Positions 25,613-34,919 of a stretch of 64,000 nt of DNA are shown piece after piece. This DNA is from an uncultured Anaerolineaceae bacterium (GTDB lineage Bacteria; Chloroflexota; Anaerolineae; Anaerolineales; UBA4823), in assembly GCA_964629965.1 (NCBI GenBank), contig CAZVRZ010000001.1:22008-86007 (forward strand), in the 5' to 3' direction. Every line of letters begins with the position of its first letter. The first letter of the stretch is position 1. The notes beneath the pieces were generated by a model. The model made no database searches and was not told the DNA's origin. It worked only from the letters and a program-made list of their open reading frames with translations. A program made the position numbers and the translations under genes.

Positions 25613-28600
25613 TTGATTTCTCCACCTTGCAATTGGTACGAAGATACGGCTGCTAGTGCGATGCGCGCTCTAGTAGAGGAACGTCATATTAAATTTGATA
25701 CTCTGGTAGCGGTGAACGATGAGTTGGCTTATGGCGCAATGGTGTATTTGCGTGAACGAGGTATGCGTTTGCCGCAAGATGTGGCCATCACTGGGTTTGA
25801 TAACAGCCAATTCGGCAGAATGTGCACTCCGCCTCTGACGACTGTGCCCAATCGAATTCATGAACGCGGCAGTCAGGCAGTAGATATGCTCCTGGCGATG
25901 ATCAATGGCGAAAAAATGTCCGATGTGGTCATGCTGCCCACATACGTTAAGGTACGCCAATCCTGCGGTTGCCGCGATCCATATATCGTTCAAATCAACC
26001 GGCCGCCAGCTGAGCGCTTTCCAATATTGTCGGGACCAGATGTAAAAGAACAACGTGACAAATTGTACGCAACCATCATTGCAGAGTTGCAGCATACTGG
26101 CATACAAGAGAATTCTCCTCATTGGCCTGCAGTCATGTTGAAGGCGCTTGAAACCAGCCTGGACAATTGCTCGGAAGAACCATTTCTAACAGAAACTCAG
26201 AAGTTATTATTGCTGGCAAATGCAAGTGGTTCTGAGTTAAGAGAGTGGCATGCTGCCTTGAGCGAATTACGGCGTTGGATTATTCCTTTCGAACAAGATC
26301 AGCCTGAGCGCCTGGAGCGCGCTGATAGATTGCTTCACCAGGCCCGGGTAATGATCGGTGAAACGGCAGCCCGCGCTCAGGCCAGCCAGGAGTGGCTGCG
26401 TGGGCGCCAGTTGAACAACCTTTTACAGCTACGCCAATCAATCTCGGCAGCCGAAACGTTGGATGACCTGATGGATATTTTGGCGCATGATCTGCCTCAG
26501 TTGGGTATCGCTTATTGCTGCCTGGCGCTTTATCTGGATGGAACTCACCCCTCGGATGGCGGCGCCCGCTTGGTTCTGGCAATACAAAATAATCTCCGTA
26601 TGCCCGAGCAAGAAGGAGAGGTTTACGCTCCCTCGGTAAAACTGGTGCCACCTGCCTGGTTTAATATGCCGGGGGTTTTCAATCTGGTCATCCACCCTTT
26701 AAATATTGGCGTAGAACAGCTTGGTTTTCTTGTTGTGGATGCCAATATATACGAATCGTCTAGTCACGAAGTATTACGCGAACAAATCAGCACAGCATTA
26801 AAAAACGTTCTCTTGATCGAACAAAATAAACAACTATATTTGCAAGCTCGTGAGAGTCAACTCTTGGCTGAAGAAGCGAATTCATTGAAAAGTCGTTTCC
26901 TCTCAATGGTTAGCCATGAATTGCTTACTCCGATCGTTCTGCTGGTTGGTCTGAGTGAAATGATATTGCGTGAAGGTGTGGAGGTAAAACGCTCAGGACG
27001 GGATGACTCTCGCCCGCCGCTGCCAGAATTCTACCGCCAGGATCTTACGCGTATCCATGCCAGTGCTCAACAGTTGGGCAGCCTGGTACGGGATGTGCTT
27101 GACCTGGCGCGCAGCCAATTGGATCAGCTTACTTTGATCAAAAAACCTATATACCTGGCCGATGTGCTCAAGCCGATCGAGCTTGTCAGCGAACAGTTAG
27201 CGTATAGTAAAGGCCTGGAGTGGCAGGTGAGCATCCCCGATGATCTGCCCCGCGTGATGGGAGATGCGTCTCGGCTGCAACAGGTGGTGATGAACCTGGT
27301 TAGCAACGCGGTCAAATTCACCGCTCAAGGTTTTGTGAGATTAAGTGTCGGTGAAAACGAAGGAATTATAACTGTAGCGGTTATCGATACTGGTTTGAGT
27401 GTGCCGCTTCCTGAGCAAAAGGTCATATTTGATGAGTTTCGCCAATCCGAGCGTACAGTGGCGCGTGGTTTTGGTGGATTAGGGATTGGGTTGGCGATCT
27501 GTCGCCAGATCGTTGAAATGCATGGCGGTTTGATCGGCGTGCAATCCTCCGGTGAAGAAAATTCTGGTTCAACCTTCTATTTTACTTTACCGGCATTGCC
27601 TGATATCCCTGAGCAGATTCAAGATACATCCCAATTGGTTCTGATTCTGACTGAGCAGGCCAAAGACGATCTTTTGCAACAGTACCTGGAACAGCAGGGC
27701 TTTGAAGCTCAAATCCTGGATATTATCCAAAATCCTGATTGGATGGATCGAATCTCGAGCTCACAGTCTGGCAAGATATTGAACGAGAAGCCGGCAGTGC
27801 TGGTTTTGGATCTGCCGGCAGCCAGGCGAAGTTGGGAGATCATGGATGCTCTTAAAAAGCAGCCTGCCACACAAGATATTCCCATCATTCTTTATTCGCT
27901 TCTTCAGGAACAAGATGGCGGTTCAATGCTGTCGCTTGATTACCTGGCGAAACCTGTTGCAGCAGCCAATCTTTCCCAGGCTTTGCAGAGATATGGCCTC
28001 CTCTCAAATCAAGGTTGGCTCGATAGCGATCAGCGTACTGTGTTGATTGTTGATGATGATCCTGAAATACTGAACCTGCACACTCGTCTATTGGAGGAGC
28101 ATATACCATCCTGCCAGATTCAACGTGCCAGCAATGGCCGTGAGGCTTTGGAACGTATGCAAACTAACCAACCGGCATTGGTCTTGTTGGATTTGGCGAT
28201 GCCAGAATTGGATGGTATGGCAGTACTCAAGGCGATGCAGGAAGACAAGCGATTGCGAGGCATTCCAGTCATTGTTATGACTGCTCAGCAGTTAAGCCAG
28301 GATGAAATGGCGCGCCTGAACCAGGGCGTGGTAGCAGTTCTTTCCAAGGGCGTTTTTACTATCGAAGAAACTCTAGCTCAAATTGAACAAGCCCTTGCCC
28401 ATACGAAGCGTTTAGGGTCCGATGCGCAGCGTCTTGTTCGCAAGGTGATGGCTTATATTCACGAGCATTACGACCAAACTGTGAATCGCCATGAATTGGC
28501 AAACAATGCTGGTGTCAGTGAGCGGCACTTAAACCGGTGCTTTTTACAAGAGACCGGTATGACTCCGCTAACATATTTGAACCGTTATCGTATCCAACGG

Positions 28601-28747
28601 GCTCGGGAGTTATTAGAACAAGGGCAGTTGAGTATTACTGAAATCATGGGCCGGGTGGGATTTTCAGAAAGCAGTCATTTTACACGTGTTTTTCGGCGCG
28701 AAGTAGGGATCATCCCCAGCGCCTATAAGCGGGGAGATCGTCCTTAA
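25613..28747 (+). CDS. soluble hybrid sensor kinase/response regulator/AraC-type transcription factor (C-lobe of sugar-binding fold, GAF-like, HisKA, HATPase, REC-like, REC, HTH_AraC)
   Basis: 1044 aa with no TM segment seen. Binding-fold C-lobe LVAVNDELAYGAMVYLRERGMRLPQDVAITGFDNSQF..PPLTTV. H-box SMVSHELLTPI. ATPase motifs NLVSNAVKFT and GFGGLGIGLAICRQIVEMHGG. Receiver LIVDDDPE..LVLLDLAMPELDG. AraC HTH ELANNAGVSERHLNRCF ... ITEIMGRVGFSESSHFTRVFRREVG. Confidence 0.85.
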   Translation: MISPPCNWYEDTAASAMRALVEERHIKFDTLVAVNDELAYGAMVYLRERGMRLPQDVAITGFDNSQFGRMCTPPLTTVPNRIHERGSQAVDMLLAMINGEKMSDVVMLPTYVKVRQSCGCRDPYIVQINRPPAERFPILSGPDVKEQRDKLYATIIAELQHTGIQENSPHWPAVMLKALETSLDNCSEEPFLTETQKLLLLANASGSELREWHAALSELRRWIIPFEQDQPERLERADRLLHQARVMIGETAARAQASQEWLRGRQLNNLLQLRQSISAAETLDDLMDILAHDLPQLGIAYCCLALYLDGTHPSDGGARLVLAIQNNLRMPEQEGEVYAPSVKLVPPAWFNMPGVFNLVIHPLNIGVEQLGFLVVDANIYESSSHEVLREQISTALKNVLLIEQNKQLYLQARESQLLAEEANSLKSRFLSMVSHELLTPIVLLVGLSEMILREGVEVKRSGRDDSRPPLPEFYRQDLTRIHASAQQLGSLVRDVLDLARSQLDQLTLIKKPIYLADVLKPIELVSEQLAYSKGLEWQVSIPDDLPRVMGDASRLQQVVMNLVSNAVKFTAQGFVRLSVGENEGIITVAVIDTGLSVPLPEQKVIFDEFRQSERTVARGFGGLGIGLAICRQIVEMHGGLIGVQSSGEENSGSTFYFTLPALPDIPEQIQDTSQLVLILTEQAKDDLLQQYLEQQGFEAQILDIIQNPDWMDRISSSQSGKILNEKPAVLVLDLPAARRSWEIMDALKKQPATQDIPIILYSLLQEQDGGSMLSLDYLAKPVAAANLSQALQRYGLLSNQGWLDSDQRTVLIVDDDPEILNLHTRLLEEHIPSCQIQRASNGREALERMQTNQPALVLLDLAMPELDGMAVLKAMQEDKRLRGIPVIVMTAQQLSQDEMARLNQGVVAVLSKGVFTIEETLAQIEQALAHTKRLGSDAQRLVRKVMAYIHEHYDQTVNRHELANNAGVSERHLNRCFLQETGMTPLTYLNRYRIQRARELLEQGQLSITEIMGRVGFSESSHFTRVFRREVGIIPSAYKRGDRP

Positions 28748-28752
28748 CCGTT

Positions 28753-28792
28753 TTTGTCTCAAATGGACAAGCGTTTGTCCCAATCGGACAAG
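28753..28792 (+). promoter_or_regulatory. two 19-bp direct repeats at 21-bp phasing, each with a TTGTC-N7-GACAA inverted repeat (candidate activator site)
   Basis: TTTGTCTCAAATGGACAAG at 28753..28771 and TTTGTCCCAATCGGACAAG at 28774..28792 are 16/19 identical. The proximal repeat abuts the -35 position of a TATGAT -10 element (28813..28818), which lies 6 nt before ATG 28825. Confidence 0.5.
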
Positions 28793-28824
28793 ATTCAATA
28801 GGGGGAAAAGCATATGATTAGTTT

Positions 28825-29190
28825 ATGCTCCAAACTATCTTGATTGGTGCCACTGATCCTAACATAATTTACCTTTTGCAGCGTTATGCGGAGGAAAGTG
28901 GTTTTCGGACGATACGCTGTGGTTATGAAAAAGACATGTTGCAGCTTGCCAGGCAAGAAAAACCTGTGCTGATTGTTATGCAAATAGAGCCATATGATAC
29001 TGCCTGGCGTAACTCTTTAAAGATCTTAAAGGCAGACCCTGCCGCCGGTTCTATCCCTATCTTAGCGTATTCTTATTATGATGAAATACTCTGTGACCAT
29101 GAAGATGGAATAGCAGGGTATCTGCAAAAATCGGTTCTGTACAGCGATTTTGTAGCCGCGCTGGAACAGGCTGGGATAAATATTGAGTGA
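28825..29190 (+). CDS. stand-alone receiver-like protein lacking the phospho-acceptor Asp (pseudo-receiver)
   Basis: 121 aa with CheY-like alternation of strands and helices. Beta1 reads ILIGATDPN (acidic pair lost). Beta3 reads VLIVMQIEP (Gln at the Asp position). The Lys is retained in GYLQKS. Confidence 0.6.
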   Translation: MLQTILIGATDPNIIYLLQRYAEESGFRTIRCGYEKDMLQLARQEKPVLIVMQIEPYDTAWRNSLKILKADPAAGSIPILAYSYYDEILCDHEDGIAGYLQKSVLYSDFVAALEQAGINIE

Positions 29191-29230
29191 TCAAGACGAA
29201 CAGCAATATATCAATGGTAAGGTGCCCGTT

Positions 29231-30277
29231 ATGAATCCTGAAACCAACAATGGCCAAACCTACTTGCTTGAGGTGAATAATCTCAAAAAGCATTTCCCAA
29301 TTCATAAAGGCTTCATTATTTCTAAAGTTATTGGGAATGTCAAGGCAGTGGATGATGTCAGTTTTTATATTTATCCTGGCGAAACCCTGGGATTGGTGGG
29401 TGAGAGTGGCTGTGGAAAGACGACTACCGGGCGCCTGATCATGCGCGCCTACGATGTTACCAGTGGAGAAATCTGGTTCAACGATTGCAAGCTTGGCAGG
29501 GTGAATGTGCCAGATCTGGACAAGCATCAGACCCAACAAATTCGGATGAATATGCAGATGATCTTTCAGGATCCCTACTCCTCATTAAATCCGCGCATGA
29601 CTCTCATGCAAATTGTGGGTGAACCATTGGTGGTGAATCATGTGGCAAAAGATAAGGAATTGCAGGAACGCGTGGCAGAGCTTTTACGCGTGGTTGGTTT
29701 GCGCCCAGAATATATGACGCGCTATCCGCACGCCTTTTCTGGTGGGCAGCGCCAGCGTATTGGTGTAGCACGTGCTCTTGCCTTGAATCCGCAGTTGGTG
29801 GTGTGTGATGAGCCGGTCAGCGCGCTGGATGTCTCTGTCCAGGCTCAAACCATCAATCTTTTGCAAGATTTACAATCCCAATTCAATCTGACTTACCTGT
29901 TCATTTCGCACGACCTGAGTGTGGTGGAACATATCAGTGATCGAGTAGTCGTGATGTACGTAGGTAAGTTGGTAGAACACGCTCGGACAGAAGAAATTTT
30001 TTACAATCCTAAGCATCCCTATACCGAGGCTTTACTCTCGGCGGTTCCACGGCCTGACCCGCGCCAGCGAAGCGCGCCGATAATTTTGCAAGGCGATGTA
30101 GCCGATCCAGCTAATCCGCCCAGCGGGTGTTATTTCCATCCACGATGCCGCTATTGCCTCGATGTATGCAAAAATGAGGCGCCTCAGTTACGCGAGGTTT
30201 CGGCTGGGCACTTTGTCAGCTGTCACCGTGCCGATGAACTCACATTGACCGGCGTTCCCGAAGCGGCTGCCACTTAG
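29231..30277 (+). CDS. ABC transporter ATP-binding protein, Opp/Dpp F-type
   Basis: Walker [10 protein letters not shown], signature FSGGQRQR, Walker [14 protein letters not shown]-terminal [27 protein letters not shown] prefer ATG 29231 (AAGGTG 6 nt upstream) to the track TTG at 29183. Confidence 0.85.
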   Translation: MNPETNNGQTYLLEVNNLKKHFPIHKGFIISKVIGNVKAVDDVSFYIYPGETLGLVGESGCGKTTTGRLIMRAYDVTSGEIWFNDCKLGRVNVPDLDKHQTQQIRMNMQMIFQDPYSSLNPRMTLMQIVGEPLVVNHVAKDKELQERVAELLRVVGLRPEYMTRYPHAFSGGQRQRIGVARALALNPQLVVCDEPVSALDVSVQAQTINLLQDLQSQFNLTYLFISHDLSVVEHISDRVVVMYVGKLVEHARTEEIFYNPKHPYTEALLSAVPRPDPRQRSAPIILQGDVADPANPPSGCYFHPRCRYCLDVCKNEAPQLREVSAGHFVSCHRADELTLTGVPEAAAT

Positions 30278-30455
30278 AGATTTATAGCTGCGGTGTGGTT
30301 GCATAAGAATTTATTGAAACATAGATGCAGTCCTGTTTAATGTGCCTTTTCGGAGAAAGGAGATGTGTAAGAGAACCTGATAAACATGATATTTGAGCTA
30401 CGATCTATTCTTTCTGATGAACAACCTGATTTACTAACAAAAGGAGAAAAGAAAT

Positions 30456-32558
30456 ATGGAAAGCAAACGACCGTTAACCCGGCGTGAATTTTTGAAGGCT
30501 ACCGCACTGGCCGCCGCCAGCGCAGCACTGGCTGCCTGCACCAGCGCGACTGAAGCTCCAGTTCAAGCCCCAACTCAAGCTCCAACCAAAGCTCCAGAAG
30601 TTGCTAAGCCTACTAATACCACTGCTCCAAAGCCAACAGTTACCAAAGCTGCCGAAGATGCTGCTGCGGCGCCCACCGAGGTTCCGCCAACCGCCTTACC
30701 CGAACCGGCTTTCTTGGAGCCAACCATGCTGGCTCCCTTAGTGAAGGAAGGTAAGCTGCCTCCGGTTGAGGAACGTCTTCCGAAGAATCCCTGGGTGGCC
30801 CCGGTGTTAGAATCGAATGGCAAGTCCGGCGGCATCATTCGCCGTGCCTTTACTGGCCCAGGTGATAAATGGGGTATGTCCAAGCTGTGCGATCGCGGTA
30901 TGGTTTGGTTTGACCTGGATCTTGTCATGCGCCCTCGCCTGTGCGAGTCTTGGGAAGTAAACGAAGATGGTTCGGAATATACTTTCCATCTCCGCCAGGG
31001 TACGAAGTGGTCTGATGGCGTAGAGTTCACCACCAAAGATATTCAATTCTGGTATGACCATGTGATCTCCAACAAGACTCTTTTCCCCGTGATGGATGGG
31101 AAATGGTACACCCTGGATGATGCTGGCGAGCAGGTGGTCATGGAGTTGATTATCCCAGATGACTATACCTTTACCTTCAAATATGCCCATCCCAAGCCGT
31201 TGTTGATCTACGTGATCGGTCGCGAAGGTATTGGAGTTCCCTCTCATTACATAAAACAGTGGATTTCCGATACGGCGGATGATCCCGCTAAATTGGAAGA
31301 GGCAGTTAAGGCTGCTGGTTTTGAATCATGGGACAAATACTTTATCGATAATCGCCGCTTCTTCTTCTGGAATCCCGAACTGCCCTCACTTGGGCCTTGG
31401 GTTGCCAAGAATGATTTAAATGCTGAGAAGTGGATCATAGAGCGTAACCCCTACTTCCCGGGTGTTGATTCAGACGGTATGCAGCTGCCATATGTTGACG
31501 GTGTTCATAGCCGTTTGTTCTCAGATGCCCAGGTCTTTAGCCTGTGGATGGCCAATGGCGAGATCGATTTTCAAGCTCGCCGTGTACAGGTCGGTGACTA
31601 TACATACCTGAAGGAAAGTGAAGAGACTGGCGACTATTCCGTTGTCGTGTGCCCGGCCGCCAAGCATATGGTGGTTGTGCTCAACCAGGCCAGCAAGAAC
31701 GAAAAGCTGCGCCAATTCTTCATGAATCGCGACGTGCGTATTGCCCTCTCGCTGGCAATTAACCGCGAGGGCATCAATGAATTGAACTATCTTGGCTTGG
31801 GCACGCCGCGTCAATATAGCCCGCTGACTCAGTCGCCGCAGTATTATGAGAAGCTATCCAATGCCTATATCGATTATTATCCTGCCAAAGCCAAAGAAAT
31901 GTTGGATGCTGCAGGATATACTGCCAAGGATGCGGAAGGCTTCCGTAAGTATGGGGATGCGGAGGATGACGAAACCATCTTCTTTGTGTTAGAAGGTACC
32001 TTTGGTGCCGGTACATCAGATGAAGATGCCGGTCAGCAGATCGTGAAGATGTTCAAATCTGTTGGTGTTAAGTGCGAATACAAATTTGTCGAGCAGACCC
32101 TTTACAATCAGCATTACACATCCAACGATATGGATGCTGCCTGGACTTTTGCTGACCGCACCGTTGTGCCTCTGGCTGCAGAAGGTCTTATCTTCCGTGG
32201 CGTAGCGAGCGATCGTCCCTTCATCGATGCCTACAACAAATTCCTCGATGATCCCAATAACCCGATTGCCATTGAGCCTCCCGCAGATCACTATGTTCGC
32301 AAGCTCCATGACCTCTGGGAGCAGATCATTGTTCAGGGCAATCCTGATACGCAGAATGAACTCTTCCGGCAGATGTTGGATATCTGGGCTGAGGAGCTGC
32401 CGATGATCGGTGTGGTGGGTGAACTTCCCGCATTGACTGTTGTTAAGAATGGGCTCAAGAATTTTGCCTCAAGCCCCAATGACGACACTACCTGTGATGA
32501 GTATGTTCGCAACCCCGAAACCCTCTTTTGGGAGAAACCCGAAGAGCACCAGAGCTAG
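30456..32558 (+). CDS. ABC transporter substrate-binding lipoprotein, family 5 (Opp/Dpp type; probably oligosaccharide-binding)
   Basis: 700 aa. Tat motif RREFLK, lipobox LAAC, about 70 aa of Pro/Thr/Ala-rich linker, then a family-5 SBP body. AAGGAG is 9 nt upstream. Confidence 0.9.
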   Translation: MESKRPLTRREFLKATALAAASAALAACTSATEAPVQAPTQAPTKAPEVAKPTNTTAPKPTVTKAAEDAAAAPTEVPPTALPEPAFLEPTMLAPLVKEGKLPPVEERLPKNPWVAPVLESNGKSGGIIRRAFTGPGDKWGMSKLCDRGMVWFDLDLVMRPRLCESWEVNEDGSEYTFHLRQGTKWSDGVEFTTKDIQFWYDHVISNKTLFPVMDGKWYTLDDAGEQVVMELIIPDDYTFTFKYAHPKPLLIYVIGREGIGVPSHYIKQWISDTADDPAKLEEAVKAAGFESWDKYFIDNRRFFFWNPELPSLGPWVAKNDLNAEKWIIERNPYFPGVDSDGMQLPYVDGVHSRLFSDAQVFSLWMANGEIDFQARRVQVGDYTYLKESEETGDYSVVVCPAAKHMVVVLNQASKNEKLRQFFMNRDVRIALSLAINREGINELNYLGLGTPRQYSPLTQSPQYYEKLSNAYIDYYPAKAKEMLDAAGYTAKDAEGFRKYGDAEDDETIFFVLEGTFGAGTSDEDAGQQIVKMFKSVGVKCEYKFVEQTLYNQHYTSNDMDAAWTFADRTVVPLAAEGLIFRGVASDRPFIDAYNKFLDDPNNPIAIEPPADHYVRKLHDLWEQIIVQGNPDTQNELFRQMLDIWAEELPMIGVVGELPALTVVKNGLKNFASSPNDDTTCDEYVRNPETLFWEKPEEHQS

Positions 32559-32577
32559 TTTCTTCTTTTTCAATCAG

Positions 32578-32608
32578 TTTCCCCCTTCCCTGTCAGGGGA
32601 AGGGGGAA
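32578..32608 (+). promoter_or_regulatory. GC-rich intra-operon stem-loop after the binding-protein gene
   Basis: TTCCCCCTTCCC (32579..32590), loop TGTCAG, GGGAAGGGGGAA (32597..32608). This is a perfect 12-bp stem with no following T-tract. Confidence 0.45.
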
Positions 32609-32686
32609 GCCTCCAAGGGTATAACCATTACCCCAGGATGAAGCGTTTGTAGTTGTAGTTCGTAAAAGCAATCTCGGAGGTAATCC

Positions 32687-33673
32687 ATGCTTTCATACAT
32701 CCTGCGCAGAGTAGGGATCATGATTCCCACCCTTATTCTGATCTCAATCATTACTTTTCTTATCATCTTGCTTCCACCGGGAGATTTTCTTTCTTCCTAC
32801 GCTGCAAGCTTGCGCGCACAGGGAGAAGTGATCGATGAAGCGGAAATGGAGGTCATGCGGGAACGTTATGGTTTGAACCAGCCTGTTTATGTTCAGTATG
32901 GTAAGTGGGTCTGGGGGATTATCTCGCGAGGTGATTGGGGACAGTCGATGTCATTGCAGAAACCGGTGAAAGAATTAATCTGGGAACGCATGACGCTTTC
33001 GATGGTGCTTTCTGTTATTTCTTTACTGGTCGGTTGGTTTGTCGCCATACCTTTGGGGGTTTATTCTGCCACACACCAGTATTCGATCATCGACTACTTT
33101 GTAACATTCATTAGCTTTGTGGGTATCGGTACGCCCGGTTTCTTATTAGCATTGGTCGTAATGTATGTTGCTATGAATTATATGGGCTTAAGCGTGGGGG
33201 GGTTATTCTCAGACGCATATATCATGGCGCCCTGGTCGCTAGATAAGGTTGTTGATTTGCTCAAACACCTGTGGATGCCGGTTTTGATCCTGGCTTTCAA
33301 CGGCACGGCCGGTGGATTGCGTACCACGCGTGCCAATTTATTGGATGAGTTGAATAAGCCATATGTTGAGACTGCTCGTTCAAAGGGCTTAAAAGAATCG
33401 CGCGTCATCTGGAAGTACCCGGTACGGGTAGCGCTTAATCCTTTCTTTAGCACGGTAGGATGGGAGTTGGCGAATCTGATCTCGGGCGCTACCTTACTTT
33501 CGATCGTGCTCAACCTGCAGACAGAAGGTCCGATGTTATTGAGCGCACTCACTGCCCAAGATATGTACCTGGCAGGCAGTTTCTTGTTCTTGCTCAGTGT
33601 TCTAACCGTTATTGGCACACTGCTGTCTGATATTCTATTAGCGTGGGTAGATCCGCGCATTCGTATGACGTAA
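32687..33673 (+). CDS. ABC transporter permease (OppB/DppB type)
   Basis: 328 aa, 6 TM. EAA-type loop YVETARSKGLKESRVIWKYPVRVALNP. Confidence 0.9.
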   Translation: MLSYILRRVGIMIPTLILISIITFLIILLPPGDFLSSYAASLRAQGEVIDEAEMEVMRERYGLNQPVYVQYGKWVWGIISRGDWGQSMSLQKPVKELIWERMTLSMVLSVISLLVGWFVAIPLGVYSATHQYSIIDYFVTFISFVGIGTPGFLLALVVMYVAMNYMGLSVGGLFSDAYIMAPWSLDKVVDLLKHLWMPVLILAFNGTAGGLRTTRANLLDELNKPYVETARSKGLKESRVIWKYPVRVALNPFFSTVGWELANLISGATLLSIVLNLQTEGPMLLSALTAQDMYLAGSFLFLLSVLTVIGTLLSDILLAWVDPRIRMT

Positions 33674-33751
33674 GGGAGATGAAAGCCCCCGGGTTGGTTC
33701 TGTGAATAAGTTATCTTTCTTTTTATAATTTGTTTTCTGACGTGAGGTATC

Positions 33752-34891
33752 ATGACAAATCAGACTCCCGTTCCTCTTGAAGAGGAAATCATTATCGAAG
33801 AGAAAATCGCAGTAGCGAAGCCGCTAACTATGATGTGGTGGAAGTTCCGCAAGCATAAGATGGCAGTAGTTAGTGGTGTTTTCCTAATAATTATGTACTT
33901 GGTGGCAATCTTCTGTGAGTTCGTTTCTCCTTACGTACCAGATGATACTTTCATCCGGTATAAATCGGCCCCACCTTCCAAAATTCATCTGAAAGATTCG
34001 GATGGTAAGCTGCGGACTCCTTTCATCTATGGCACCAAGATGACGCGCAATCCCGAGACGCTGCGCGTGACTTACACCGAAGACCTCAGTATGCTCTACC
34101 CCATCAAATTTTTTATTGAAGGTCCCTCCTATAAATTTTGGGGACTCTGGGAAACCAATGTCCATTTGTTTGGCTTGGGCATTTCCGAAGACGAGGAACG
34201 TGTCATGATCTTAGGCGCCGACCGGGTAGGGCGCGATATGTTCTCGTTGACAGTTTACGGTGCTCGTATCTCACTTTCTATCGGTTTAATAGGGGTGGCT
34301 CTTAGCCTATCCATCGGTATCATCGTAGGAGGCATATCTGGTTATTATGGTGGTGTGATTGATAATGTCATCCAGCGGGTAATAGAATTTATCCGTTCCA
34401 TCCCGCAAATTCCTCTGTGGATGGCGCTGAGTGCTGCTCTGCCTATGGAATGGCCGGTATTAAAAATATATTTTGCCATCTCGCTTATTCTCTCCCTGGT
34501 AGGCTGGACCAGCATGGCCCGGGTTGTGCGTGGACGATTTTTAGCATTACGCGAGGAAGACTTTATCCTTGCGGCTCGGTTGACTGGATCGAGTGAGTTC
34601 CGGATTATTTTGATCCACATGGTGCCTTCTTTCTTGAGCTACATTATCGCCAACCTGACATTGGCTGTTCCCTACATGATCTTGAGCGAGACTAGCCTGA
34701 GCTTTATTGGATTAGGCCTGCGCGCACCGGCGATCAGTTGGGGGGTATTGCTAGCTGAAGCGCAGAATGTCCGTTCGATTGCTCTGTCGCCGTGGGTCTT
34801 TTGGCCGGCAGCCGCTGTGATCTCCACTGTATTGGCTTTCAACTTTCTGGGAGATGGCTTGCGTGACGCAGCCGATCCTTATGCACGTTGA
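33752..34891 (+). CDS. ABC transporter permease (OppC/DppC type)
   Basis: 379 aa with a long extracytoplasmic loop after TM1. EAA-type loop DFILAARLTGSSEFRIILIHMVPS. Confidence 0.9.
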   Translation: MTNQTPVPLEEEIIIEEKIAVAKPLTMMWWKFRKHKMAVVSGVFLIIMYLVAIFCEFVSPYVPDDTFIRYKSAPPSKIHLKDSDGKLRTPFIYGTKMTRNPETLRVTYTEDLSMLYPIKFFIEGPSYKFWGLWETNVHLFGLGISEDEERVMILGADRVGRDMFSLTVYGARISLSIGLIGVALSLSIGIIVGGISGYYGGVIDNVIQRVIEFIRSIPQIPLWMALSAALPMEWPVLKIYFAISLILSLVGWTSMARVVRGRFLALREEDFILAARLTGSSEFRIILIHMVPSFLSYIIANLTLAVPYMILSETSLSFIGLGLRAPAISWGVLLAEAQNVRSIALSPWVFWPAAAVISTVLAFNFLGDGLRDAADPYAR

Positions 34892-34919
34892 GTTCATTGT
34901 TTATAGATAGGAGCGAGCC

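Noticed and set aside
30330-30401. 23-codon ORF (MQSCLMCLFGERRCVREPDKHDI) between the F-type ATPase and binding-protein genes as a leader peptide
   Set aside because: It has no SD and no associated terminator/antiterminator structure that I could fold.
33178-33753. 191-aa minus-strand ORF
   Set aside because: It is antisense to the OppB-type permease gene and has no supporting signals.
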